Of a stretch of 29,942 nt of DNA, positions 11,022 to 20,010 are shown piece after piece. The translations under genes and the position numbers were made by a program. The stretch comes from Candidatus Krumholzibacteriia bacterium (GTDB lineage Bacteria > Krumholzibacteriota > Krumholzibacteriia > LZORAL124-64-63). Positions within the stretch are counted from its first letter, which is position 1. Each line of letters opens with the position of its first letter. The stretch covers positions 1 through 29,942 of the forward strand of contig JAZBOO010000235.1 of the NCBI GenBank assembly GCA_036351155.1, written 5' to 3'. The notes under the pieces were generated by a model, which did not search any database, had not been told where the DNA came from, and saw only the letters and a program-made list of their open reading frames with translations.

Positions 11022-11831
11022 TCAGGGGCCCTCCCCGTCCCGGCGTTCGCCGGTGTCGGACAAGGGGTGCCCCGGCTTGAATTCCTTCAAGGACACCGCA
11101 ATGGAGCCCACAGGCACCTTGGCCTTGATGAGCACCGGCACGCGATACTGGTCATCGGTGATATAGAGAGTGAGTTTACCCTCGTGTTTGAACAGACCTT
11201 CGCCCTCGATCACCGGCTCGACCACGAAACAGTCCCACGTCCCGGCCTCGACCTCGACCGTTTCTTTCCCGTGGACCAGAACTCTGAGGTTGTAGGATTT
11301 CCGGGAACTGTGCGCCGGAACATGGTAAACGGACCCGGCCTCCAGGTCCAGCGTACGCACAAAATAAAAAGCCGACAGCACATCCTGCACCCCGGCGGTG
11401 ATGGGGTATTCCTGGCCATTGGCGTAGCGGGCCAATCCGGCCTCGTGATCGAAACTGATCTCCACCGTCTTCTTGTAGTCCCCTTCGCGCAGTCGCTTGT
11501 AGAAGTAGCGGCTGTGCAGCTCGGCAGTGTCGATGTAGCTGATGATCTTGTCGCGCACCTTGTAGATCGAGGAAAAGAAACGATTGCTGTTGGTCTTGCT
11601 CTGGATGTGGTAGCAGGGGTGGCCCTGGTAGTCCTTGATGCCCACGATTTCCAGGATGCCCTCGCCGGCATTGACCAGACCGTAGTCGATGGAGAACACC
11701 ATGCGTTCCCCGGGGCCGAAATTCACCAGGACAGGCTGGGGATCCTCGACAACCACCCACTCGGGTTCCGCGTAGGCGTTCAGGGAGATCAACGTCAGGG
11801 CCATGAAGACCAATCGCGTCAGGAATTTCAT
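11022..11831 (-). CDS. exported DUF3108-like protein
   Basis: Signal peptide MKFLTRLVFMALTLISLNAYA; FGPGERM, YKVRD, DVLSAFYFVR, ETVEVEAGTWDC, ITDDQYRVPVLI. Confidence 0.8.
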   Translation of the reverse strand: MKFLTRLVFMALTLISLNAYAEPEWVVVEDPQPVLVNFGPGERMVFSIDYGLVNAGEGILEIVGIKDYQGHPCYHIQSKTNSNRFFSSIYKVRDKIISYIDTAELHSRYFYKRLREGDYKKTVEISFDHEAGLARYANGQEYPITAGVQDVLSAFYFVRTLDLEAGSVYHVPAHSSRKSYNLRVLVHGKETVEVEAGTWDCFVVEPVIEGEGLFKHEGKLTLYITDDQYRVPVLIKAKVPVGSIAVSLKEFKPGHPLSDTGERRDGEGP

Positions 11832-11889
11832 GGAGATTCTTCCGTTCCATGGTTCAAGAAAAAGGGACCCCTCACCTGCAGTATCTCGT

Positions 11890-13080
11890 TTAAACCCCAC
11901 CGTCGGCCGGTGAGTTCCCTCCGGTGCCCCAGAGGTCCAGGATCACGTCGTGAACCCGGGCTTCCTCAAGATCGGGCAAACAGATGAATTCCGCACAGCT
12001 GTGCAGATGACAGGGGTGGCAATGCGGCCAGGTTCCCAGGATCCGGAAGGGTCCGTGTCCGGCGTAGGGAAACCAGATGTCCGGCCGGGTGGGTCCGAAC
12101 AGCGCCACCGTGGGAACCCTCAGTCCCACCGCCGCGTGCATGATGCCCCCGTCCACAGCCACCACCAGATGCGCCTGGCCCAGCACGCCGAGGACATCCT
12201 GTAGCCCCAGCTGGGGCAGGATCCCGCCGCTATCAGGAAACAGCTCGGGGCCCAGTTCAGACCAGGGCTGATGCGGATGGGGCGGGGCCAGCAAAACAAC
12301 CGGCCCCGGACCTTCGTGACCCAGACGCTTCAACAGCGCCCGCCACCGGGCCAGAGGCCATTCCTTGCTGGGCCAGGTGGCACCCGGCGCACAGACCAGG
12401 AAAGGCCGTGCCGGGTCCACGCCCAGCTCGTGAAGGACCCCGGCAGCGCGCGGAGAAAGGCCAGGCCTGGCCAGCTGGGGCAGCGAGGGCAAGGCACTTT
12501 CACGGGCCAGAAACCAGTCGGCAAAGGACTGACCGCTTTCCTGGTGGCGCAAGGGAAGCAATCGAGAAAGGTGATGCCCCAGCCCCCCGGGAGCATGCCG
12601 GGAAAAATCATCCCGCCGTGTTCCCAGATCTTCGGGCATGGCCGTGTGAGTATAGAGGTGCCGCCGCAGCCGCCGGGTTCCCCCGATGCGCAGGGGAATT
12701 CCGGCCAGACGCAATAGCCAGGCACTCCGGGGATTGAAGAAGAGGTCCACCGCCAGGTCATACCGCTGCCGGCGCAGGTGCCGCAGGGTGTCCAGGTAGC
12801 CGGCGGCTTCGGGATGATCCTTGTTCGACCCGCTGGCCCCGCGCCGGGCCTGGGCATCAGCACCCCGGCGCTCCACACCCAGCAGGTGCAGATGATCCAG
12901 CCGAGGGTGACCGTGCAGCGCCACACCATGACCCGCTTCACACAGAAACCCCAGCTCGAGATCCGGATCCCCTTCCTTGAGGACGTCCAGGACCACGGTA
13001 CTCATGATCACATCACCCAGGTAACGCAACCGGGAAACCAGCACCTTGTTCAGGGGGCGATTGTCCAGCAGCCATGTCAC
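11890..13080 (-). CDS. glycosyltransferase family 9 (heptosyltransferase-like)
   Basis: RLRYLGDVIMST, APGATWPSKEWP, VDGGIMHAAVGLRVPTVALFGPT. Confidence 0.9.
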   Translation of the reverse strand: MTWLLDNRPLNKVLVSRLRYLGDVIMSTVVLDVLKEGDPDLELGFLCEAGHGVALHGHPRLDHLHLLGVERRGADAQARRGASGSNKDHPEAAGYLDTLRHLRRQRYDLAVDLFFNPRSAWLLRLAGIPLRIGGTRRLRRHLYTHTAMPEDLGTRRDDFSRHAPGGLGHHLSRLLPLRHQESGQSFADWFLARESALPSLPQLARPGLSPRAAGVLHELGVDPARPFLVCAPGATWPSKEWPLARWRALLKRLGHEGPGPVVLLAPPHPHQPWSELGPELFPDSGGILPQLGLQDVLGVLGQAHLVVAVDGGIMHAAVGLRVPTVALFGPTRPDIWFPYAGHGPFRILGTWPHCHPCHLHSCAEFICLPDLEEARVHDVILDLWGTGGNSPADGGV

Positions 13081-13685
13081 GCCTGATCGCTCCCCTGCCG
13101 TTTCAGAATCCAGGCCACGGCGGCCGGCAGGTCGTCGGCCACCCCCACCCGGGGATCGTCATCGAACTGATCGATCACCCTGATCTCCTCGGCAAGACCA
13201 TGACCGGTCCTAACCAGGACAGCTCCCAGCCCTCCTTGCCGGCCAAAGGCAATGTCACTGGCCTTGTCCCCCACCATCCAGCTGCGCGCCAGGTCGAGGG
13301 AAAACAATTTCCGGGCCTCGTTCAGCATGCCGCGCAGCGGTTTCCGGCAAAGGCAGTCCTGGTCCGGAGCGTGGGGACAGTAATGGAAGGAATCGAAGGC
13401 CACCCCACGGGCGGCCAGGGCGGCATCCAGCCGGGTCATGACCTGGTGGAAGTCATCTTCGGTGAAGTAACCCCGTCCGATCCCCGACTGGTTCGACACC
13501 CCGATCAGCAGAAAACCGGCGGCCCGAGCCCGGGCCAGAGCCTCGGGTACTCCCGGTAAAATGCGCACGCCCTCGGGGTCGGCCAGATAATCGGCATCGT
13601 CAATGACCACCCCGTCACGATCCAGGAACAGGGCCGGCTGAACACGTGACCCCGGGGATGTGGCAGGCTTTTTCCAGATGCTCAT
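13077..13685 (-). CDS. gmhB: D-glycero-D-manno-heptose 1,7-bisphosphate phosphatase
   Basis: HAD motifs FLDRDGV, SNQSGIGRG, CPH...C.CRKP, MVGDKASD. Confidence 0.93.
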   Translation of the reverse strand: MSIWKKPATSPGSRVQPALFLDRDGVVIDDADYLADPEGVRILPGVPEALARARAAGFLLIGVSNQSGIGRGYFTEDDFHQVMTRLDAALAARGVAFDSFHYCPHAPDQDCLCRKPLRGMLNEARKLFSLDLARSWMVGDKASDIAFGRQGGLGAVLVRTGHGLAEEIRVIDQFDDDPRVGVADDLPAAVAWILKRQGSDQA

Positions 13686-14791
13686 GACCCGTTTCCTTCG
13701 GTCTGGGAGCGAGCTCGGAGCTCGCTCAAGGCGTGATAAACCTCATGCCCGGTCACCGAATCCAGACAGAAGGTGGGCTGGTTGCAGGTTTTGCGATAGC
13801 AGGGCTGGCAGGGAAAACCGGTGGCCGCAATGGCCCGGGCCCGCGGGCCCTGGGGGGCGGTCCAGGCGGGATTGGACGACCCGAACACACCGACCGTGGG
13901 AATGCCCAGGGCACCCGCCAGATGCATCAACCCGCTGTCGTTTCCGGCAAACCCATCGCATTGCTGAAGAAGGTCGGCCACCTCGAGCAATCCGGTCCGG
14001 CCGGTCAGATCCACCAGCCCCGGTGTGCCCAGCACCTCATGCCGTGCAGCCACGGACAGACCACTCGCCAGGTCCGCCGCAAAAGAGCGAGACCCTGCAT
14101 CACCAAGCAAGAGGAGTTCGGCTCCTTCTTCCAGGCACAGACGACAAAAATCCAGAGCAGGGTTCAGCGGCCAGGTCTTGGCCAGGCCGTAGGTGGCACC
14201 GGGGGCCAGAACCAGACGGGGCACCGGTCTGGACTGAACCGTGGGGTGGTCGCCAGCCAGGTGCAGCTTGACCTGGGCCGTCGTGACGGGAGTCTCGGCA
14301 AGGCCGGCAACCGCGGCCAGCCAGGCTTTCCCCAGGGCCACCATTTCGTCAGAAAAATGGGCCGTCCCCCGGGCTTCAGACTCCACTCCGTGGCTCAGGA
14401 GCATCCCCCGTCCATCGGTCCGGTAACCCACCCGGACCGGAATCCCGGCCAGCCGCGCAGCCATCGCCACGCGCAGGGACGGTGGGCCCAGGATCGCCCC
14501 GTCATGGTTCCCCCGGGCCAGATCGCGACCGAGGTTCCAGACCCCCTTGAGGCCATCGTGCCGACCGGGCCTTTCCACCACCATCAGTTCATCAATACGC
14601 GGATCGTGGGCAAACAGCGGAGCCCAGGCCGCGCGAACAGCCCAGCAAATATGCAGGGCTCGACCGCCGGGAAGGGACACACTTCCGGTCAGCCAGTCGA
14701 GCAAGCCGGTGGCCATGACCGAATCGCCCAGCCAGTTGGGAGCCAGGACCAGCAGTCGGTAAGGGTCCACACGATGCGTGGGCTCGTTCAT
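13682..14791 (-). CDS. waaF: lipopolysaccharide heptosyltransferase II
   Basis: PNWLGDSVMA, LAPGATYGLAKTWP, DLTGRTGL, GNDSGLMHLAGALGIPTVGVFGSS. Confidence 0.85.
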   Translation of the reverse strand: MNEPTHRVDPYRLLVLAPNWLGDSVMATGLLDWLTGSVSLPGGRALHICWAVRAAWAPLFAHDPRIDELMVVERPGRHDGLKGVWNLGRDLARGNHDGAILGPPSLRVAMAARLAGIPVRVGYRTDGRGMLLSHGVESEARGTAHFSDEMVALGKAWLAAVAGLAETPVTTAQVKLHLAGDHPTVQSRPVPRLVLAPGATYGLAKTWPLNPALDFCRLCLEEGAELLLLGDAGSRSFAADLASGLSVAARHEVLGTPGLVDLTGRTGLLEVADLLQQCDGFAGNDSGLMHLAGALGIPTVGVFGSSNPAWTAPQGPRARAIAATGFPCQPCYRKTCNQPTFCLDSVTGHEVYHALSELRARSQTEGNGS

Positions 14792-15963
14792 GAGGTTTCT
14801 GGCGGGGACGGGTCGGTGGGACGGGGAATTTTCTTGACCGACGTGCCGGGGTCTTCCCCATCACGATCGGCGGACATGATGGTGGTTGCGGTCCGGGCGC
14901 GGCCCTCGGTCACGTCGGCGATGGCGGCCAGCAGGGTTTCCATCTCCACTTTCTGACCCTTCTTCACGGTCAATACCTTGGCCTTTTTGCGGCCGGTGGG
15001 CACCCAGCACGGAGGGTCAGAAGGGGTGAACAATCCCACCGCGGGAACCCCCAGAGCCACCGCGAAGTGGAAAAAGTCGGTGTTGCCGCCAACAAAAAGA
15101 TCGCACTGGGCCAGCAAGAGGATCTGGTCGAGCAGATTGTCTCGCGGCAGTCCGGCCGGCACATCGGGTAGCCGGACCTCAAACTGGGTCCGCCGTTCCT
15201 TGTCGTCCGCCTGGGCCAGGGGAAGCACCCGGCACAGCAGGTGACGGCTCAGCTGGCCCGCCAGATACTGCAGGTTTTCCAGAGCCACCGCGTGCCCACT
15301 CTTGCCCAGCCCCGGGTCCATTCCCACCAGCATCTGATCCGGGTTGGGCTTGTGGAAGTGGACCTGCTGGGCCATGTGGCGCATCCGGTCCATGGGCAGG
15401 GGCCAGCGAGGGTTCAAATGCTTGGGAGAAAGCCCCAGGAAAGGGGCCGCGGCGGCCAGGCGGTCTCCCAGGTAAGTGTCCGGGTTCCGCGGCGGACGCA
15501 GCTCGAAATTGATGGCCGGCCAGCTCTTCTCATGGGAAGGCCCGAGCCGCAGACGTGCGCCCGTGGCCAGGGCCGCCAGTTCCAGGCGGGCCTGAGGCTC
15601 CTGGGACATGACCATGGCCACATCGTACTGCCCGGATCCCAGCTCCCGCAGAAGGTTGCCGAAGGCCGGACGCCAGGGATTGACCTGGCCCTCCTTGTAC
15701 ACGCGGTACAGCTTGGCCAGGCCGCTGGGCACCACCAGGGCCTCGTGCTTTTCCGGCAACAGGAAATCGATGCGACATCCCGGGTGCTGCTGCCGGATGG
15801 CGTTGACCAGGGGCATGTGAAACAGGAACTCGGACAGATCACCCGCATCGATACAGAGGAGACGCTGGCTCTCCTCAAGAGCACGCGGCAAAATGAACGG
15901 CCGGTCCTGCCCCTTGCGGAACAGCGGACGCATGAGGGTTGTCAGAAGTCGATGTTCAGACAA
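14788..15963 (-). CDS. divergent glycosyltransferase family 9 protein
   Basis: GT9 layout (…P..RIDFL, YDVAM, LLAQCDLFVGGNTDFFHFAVALGVPAVGLF) with altered catalytic motifs. Confidence 0.8.
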   Translation of the reverse strand: MSEHRLLTTLMRPLFRKGQDRPFILPRALEESQRLLCIDAGDLSEFLFHMPLVNAIRQQHPGCRIDFLLPEKHEALVVPSGLAKLYRVYKEGQVNPWRPAFGNLLRELGSGQYDVAMVMSQEPQARLELAALATGARLRLGPSHEKSWPAINFELRPPRNPDTYLGDRLAAAAPFLGLSPKHLNPRWPLPMDRMRHMAQQVHFHKPNPDQMLVGMDPGLGKSGHAVALENLQYLAGQLSRHLLCRVLPLAQADDKERRTQFEVRLPDVPAGLPRDNLLDQILLLAQCDLFVGGNTDFFHFAVALGVPAVGLFTPSDPPCWVPTGRKKAKVLTVKKGQKVEMETLLAAIADVTEGRARTATTIMSADRDGEDPGTSVKKIPRPTDPSPPETS

Positions 15964-15990
15964 GTCTCAGTCCACCTGATATAATGCGCA

Positions 15991-18372
15991 TCACTCGAAC
16001 ACACCCGGGAAAACAGATTCCCAGACCTCGTCCACGTGCTTGACCGGGACAAACTCCACGGCCTCGCGGACTTCTTCCGGAATTTCGGCCACATCGATCA
16101 TGTTGGCCGCCGGCAAGATGACCTTCTTGATCCCCACCCGGTGGGCCGCCAGAACCTTCTCCAGCAAACCACCGATGGGCAAGACAGCCCCGGTCAGGGT
16201 GATTTCACCCGTCATGGCCGTGCGCCGATCCATGGGCGTGTTGATCAGCAGGGACAGCAGGACGGTGGCCATGGCGATACCCGCACTGGGTCCGTCCTTG
16301 GGAATGGCCCCGGCCGGTAAATGGATATGGATATCCTGCTCGTTGAAGAACGGCCCGAACTCCTCGCGTCCACCGAAGCGGTTACGCAGGTAGCTGTAGG
16401 CGGCGCTGGCAGATTCCTGCATGACGCTGCCGACCTGGCCGGTCAACTTCAACTGTCCGCGTCCACCCGGCAAAGCCAGGCCTTCGATGTAGAGAATTTT
16501 TCCACCCACCTGGGTCCAGGCCAGGCCCGTCACCACGCCCACGGTCAACCGGGACCGCAGGCGGTCTCCGGAGTAGTTCGGCGGTCCCAGATAATCTTCC
16601 AGGTTCTTGGCCCCGATGGTCTGCTTCTTCTTTTTCCCCTTGGCCACATTGGTGGCCACCTTGCGACAGACCGCCCCCACCTGACGTTCCAGATTACGCA
16701 CCCCGGCCTCCCGGGTGTGGTCCTCGATGATGCGCATCAGACCGGCATCGGTGAACCGGATAAACCTGGCCTCCAGGCCGTTCTCTTCGATCTGCCGTGG
16801 CACCAGGTAGCGCTTGGCGATCTGCAGCTTTTCCAGGTTGGTGTAGCCAGGCAGATGGATCATCTCCATGCGGTCCAGCAAAGGCCGCGGAATGGTGTCC
16901 AGCATGTTGGCTGTGGTGATGAACATCACCCTGGACAGGTCGAACGGCAACGTCAGGTAGTGGTCCGTGAAGTCGCTGTTCTGTTCGGGATCCAGGACCT
17001 CGAGCAGGGCACTGGCCGGATCGCCGCGGAAGTCCTGCCCCAGCTTGTCGATCTCATCAAGCATGATCAGCGGATTGTTGGTGCCGCACTCCTTGAGACC
17101 GGCAATGATCCGCCCCGGCATGGACCCGACGTAGGTGCGGCGGTGGCCGCGAATTTCGGCCTCATCCCGCATGCCCCCCAGGGAGAATCGAAAAAACTTG
17201 CGTCCCACGGCCTCGGCAATGCCGCGGCCCAGCGAGGTTTTCCCCACGCCCGGAGGCCCGGCCAGACACAGGATGGGCCCGCGGTGGTTGTCCTTCAACT
17301 TGCGCACGGCCAGATACTCGATGATGCGTTCCTTGACGTCCTCCAGACCATAGTGGTCGCGCTCGAGAATGTCCTGGGCCCGCTTGAGATCCAGCTTGTC
17401 CTCGCTGCCCACGTTCCAGGGCAGGTCCAGCAGCCAGTCGACGTAAGTCTTGCTGACCGTGTATTCGCTGGCGCCGGGGCTCATCCGGCTGAGGCGATCG
17501 TACTCCCGCTCGGCCGCCGCCTGCACCTTTTCCGGAAGGTCCGCGTCGGCAATCCGCTCGGCCAGCTCATCCAGCTCCACCGAGCCCTCGTCGGCGTCAC
17601 CCAGTTCGCGCTGGATGGCCTTGAGCTGCTGGCGCAGGTAGTATTCCCGCTGATCCTTGTCGATGGATTTCCGCACCCGGGTTTGCAGCTTCTGTCCCAG
17701 CTCCAGAACATCCAGCTCGCGCATGACGATCTTGGACAGGGTCTGAAGTCGGCGACGCGGGGAGGTTTCCTCGAGAATGGACTGCTTCTCGGCCACGTCG
17801 ATTTCCAGGTTGGTGGCAATCAGGTCGGCCAGTCGGCCGGGATCATCGATGTTCATCACCACCACCTTCAACTCCTCGGAGAGGGTCTCGGTGGCGTCGA
17901 TGATTTTCAGAAAATTGTTGGCCACGCCGCGCATGTAGGCCAGGGTGCGGGAATCCTCCTGCACCTCCTCGTGGATCAATTCCACGGCCGCCCGCATGTA
18001 GGGTTTACTGGTCAGAACCTTCTTGATGCGGCAACGGGCCACACCCTGTCCGAGCAGACGCATGCTGCCGTCGGGAAAGCGGAGCATTTTCTGGATCTTG
18101 ACGGCGGTGCCCACGTGGTAGATGAGATCTTCATCCGCCGCGTCTTCCTCCTCATCACCGGTGAAGTCCTTCTGGGCAAAGGCCCCGAGGATCTTGTCGC
18201 CGGCCAGGCATTCATCGGCCAGGCGCACCAGATTGGTGTCGCTGAGTACCAGGGGTACCATCATGGCCGGAAAAATCACCGCTTCGCTGATGGGCAAAAT
18301 GGGCATCTCACCGGGGATGAATAATTCCTCGGCCTGGTCCTTCTCCCTGAGATCCTGCTGGTTGTCAGCCAT
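15991..18372 (-). CDS. lon: ATP-dependent protease La
   Basis: LON N domain, Walker A GPPGVGKTS, DEAEIRGHRRTYVG, catalytic PKDGPSAG, GGLLEK. Confidence 0.98.
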   Translation of the reverse strand: MADNQQDLREKDQAEELFIPGEMPILPISEAVIFPAMMVPLVLSDTNLVRLADECLAGDKILGAFAQKDFTGDEEEDAADEDLIYHVGTAVKIQKMLRFPDGSMRLLGQGVARCRIKKVLTSKPYMRAAVELIHEEVQEDSRTLAYMRGVANNFLKIIDATETLSEELKVVVMNIDDPGRLADLIATNLEIDVAEKQSILEETSPRRRLQTLSKIVMRELDVLELGQKLQTRVRKSIDKDQREYYLRQQLKAIQRELGDADEGSVELDELAERIADADLPEKVQAAAEREYDRLSRMSPGASEYTVSKTYVDWLLDLPWNVGSEDKLDLKRAQDILERDHYGLEDVKERIIEYLAVRKLKDNHRGPILCLAGPPGVGKTSLGRGIAEAVGRKFFRFSLGGMRDEAEIRGHRRTYVGSMPGRIIAGLKECGTNNPLIMLDEIDKLGQDFRGDPASALLEVLDPEQNSDFTDHYLTLPFDLSRVMFITTANMLDTIPRPLLDRMEMIHLPGYTNLEKLQIAKRYLVPRQIEENGLEARFIRFTDAGLMRIIEDHTREAGVRNLERQVGAVCRKVATNVAKGKKKKQTIGAKNLEDYLGPPNYSGDRLRSRLTVGVVTGLAWTQVGGKILYIEGLALPGGRGQLKLTGQVGSVMQESASAAYSYLRNRFGGREEFGPFFNEQDIHIHLPAGAIPKDGPSAGIAMATVLLSLLINTPMDRRTAMTGEITLTGAVLPIGGLLEKVLAAHRVGIKKVILPAANMIDVAEIPEEVREAVEFVPVKHVDEVWESVFPGVFE

Positions 18373-18449
18373 CCGGCCTTGCTCCTTCCCGATCGACCTG
18401 GGTCCGTTTGAATTCCGATTTCCGACGAACTGTCAGGGAGATCCCTCCC

Positions 18450-18887
18450 CTATTTTTCTTCGATGCTGATGATACGCTTTTCCGGGCCTGGCCCCTTCCC
18501 CTTGCGAAAGGTCACGAACAGGAACCCGTTGCGGTACGTGGCGGTGGCGCTTGCCGCGTCGACATCGACGGACAGAGGCACCCTGCGCGCAAACGGCCCG
18601 ACACTGATTTCCATCTTGTGGAAATGCTTCTTTCCTTCACCACGGTTTTCCTTGCGGATTCCCCGGACCAGCAAACTGTGCTCGTCGGCCAGAATCTCGA
18701 TCTGCGAGGGATCCAGCCCCGCCAGATCAAACTGAACCACGAAACTGTCCTGGGTTTCGAAAGCGTCCGTGGCGGGCTTCCAGCAAAGATCCCCCTCGGA
18801 GGGGATTGTGCCACCTTTTTGTGCGTAGGAAGTCACCAGAATTTCGAAGATCTCTTCCAGATCTCCCATTCTGCCCTTTCTCGTCAT
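18450..18887 (-). CDS. small heat shock protein (Hsp20/alpha-crystallin)
   Basis: WKPATDAFET, DLAGLD, GPFARRVPL, ATYRNGFL, C-terminal ISI (IxI) motif. Confidence 0.9.
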   Translation of the reverse strand: MTRKGRMGDLEEIFEILVTSYAQKGGTIPSEGDLCWKPATDAFETQDSFVVQFDLAGLDPSQIEILADEHSLLVRGIRKENRGEGKKHFHKMEISVGPFARRVPLSVDVDAASATATYRNGFLFVTFRKGKGPGPEKRIISIEEK

Positions 18888-18937
18888 GAACGATTCTCCC
18901 GGATAAATGGGTCTGCGCCTCAGGGACGATAGGAGCC

Positions 18938-18966
18938 ATGCTACTTCTCCGGACTGCCAGCGTCAA
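18938..18966 (-). promoter_or_regulatory. putative sigma70 promoter for hsp20-lon
   Basis: TTGACG-N17-TAGCAT on the minus strand. Confidence 0.65.
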
Positions 18967-18984
18967 CCTGACAGGCGGACGAAA

Positions 18985-20004
18985 TCAGGAGGCACATTTC
19001 CACCGGACCCCCTTCCGGAACAGGAGGTGCTCGCTGGCCGAGGTCAGGCACCCGGGGCATCGCCGGTTGATGCGCTCCAGGGCCGCCGCCAGACGGACCT
19101 GAGCCTCGCTGCCCGGAAAAAGGCTGATTTGCTCACTTCCCGCGGAAGTAGCAGCGGGACCGCCTCGCAGTTCCACTCCCAGCAACCCCTGCCGCTGCCT
19201 TTCCAGCAGATGCAGGAGACGCGCCAGAAGGCTCCGCCAGGCCGCCAGGGTGGAATCGCCCGAACCGAGAATCCGCACCCGGCGCGAACCCTGGGGAAAG
19301 CGCCCCACCAGTTCCCAGAACGTCCGCGAAGACCCTCCCCCCGGGCAAAGGGCCACCAGGCGAATGGCCAGCCCCTCGATCAGCGCAGAAATTTCCTCCC
19401 GGGAAATCAGGGGACCATTCCAGGAAACCAGGATGACGGATTGACTGGGAGAGGTGTTCTGGTTCCGTGGGCCGGCCTGATCCACGCCCCGCGCCAGAGA
19501 GGCCCACCGCTGGCCTTCGGCACCGAAAACCGCCAGGAGTAGATCGTCGGGCACCACCTGCAGGTCGCCCAGAGTGCGGACTCCAAGGTCCCGCAACCGG
19601 GTCACGGCCCCACCTTCGGCCGCCAGAACAGACACGGGAAATGGGGAAAGAAAAACCGAGGCGTTTCCCGGAGGGACAACCAGCACCCACCCGACTCCGG
19701 GCTGGAGGTTGGCCCACCAGGAGGCCAATCGGGCGGTCAAGCGGGAAGGACCGGCGCCTCCGGCCAGAGGTCCGAGGGCAGAAAGAGCACGGCGACAGAT
19801 TCCGGCAGGACCCGCGGGACCATAGCCCCAGAGCCGACCGGAACCGGAAATATCCAGGCAGGCTCCCTGCCCCAGGGCCTCCCAGTGGGGCGTCACTTCA
19901 CGACAAAACCGGGCGAGGTTCTCGACCCTTTTCACCTTCTCTGCCTGCCCCATCGACTCAGGAGAAGGAAAGCGCAAATGCAGGAATCCGGCGGTGGTGG
20001 CCAA
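18985..20004 (-). CDS. catalytically inactive Y-family DNA polymerase-like (ImuB-like) protein
   Basis: TPHWE..GQGACLDISG (palm), GAGPSRLTARLAS, FLSPFPVSVL, RLRDLGVRTLGDL...FGAEG..LARGVD (thumb), QISLF; begins 6 bp after the lexA stop. Confidence 0.8.
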   Translation of the reverse strand: MATTAGFLHLRFPSPESMGQAEKVKRVENLARFCREVTPHWEALGQGACLDISGSGRLWGYGPAGPAGICRRALSALGPLAGGAGPSRLTARLASWWANLQPGVGWVLVVPPGNASVFLSPFPVSVLAAEGGAVTRLRDLGVRTLGDLQVVPDDLLLAVFGAEGQRWASLARGVDQAGPRNQNTSPSQSVILVSWNGPLISREEISALIEGLAIRLVALCPGGGSSRTFWELVGRFPQGSRRVRILGSGDSTLAAWRSLLARLLHLLERQRQGLLGVELRGGPAATSAGSEQISLFPGSEAQVRLAAALERINRRCPGCLTSASEHLLFRKGVRWKCAS

Positions 20005-20010
20005 GGTATT

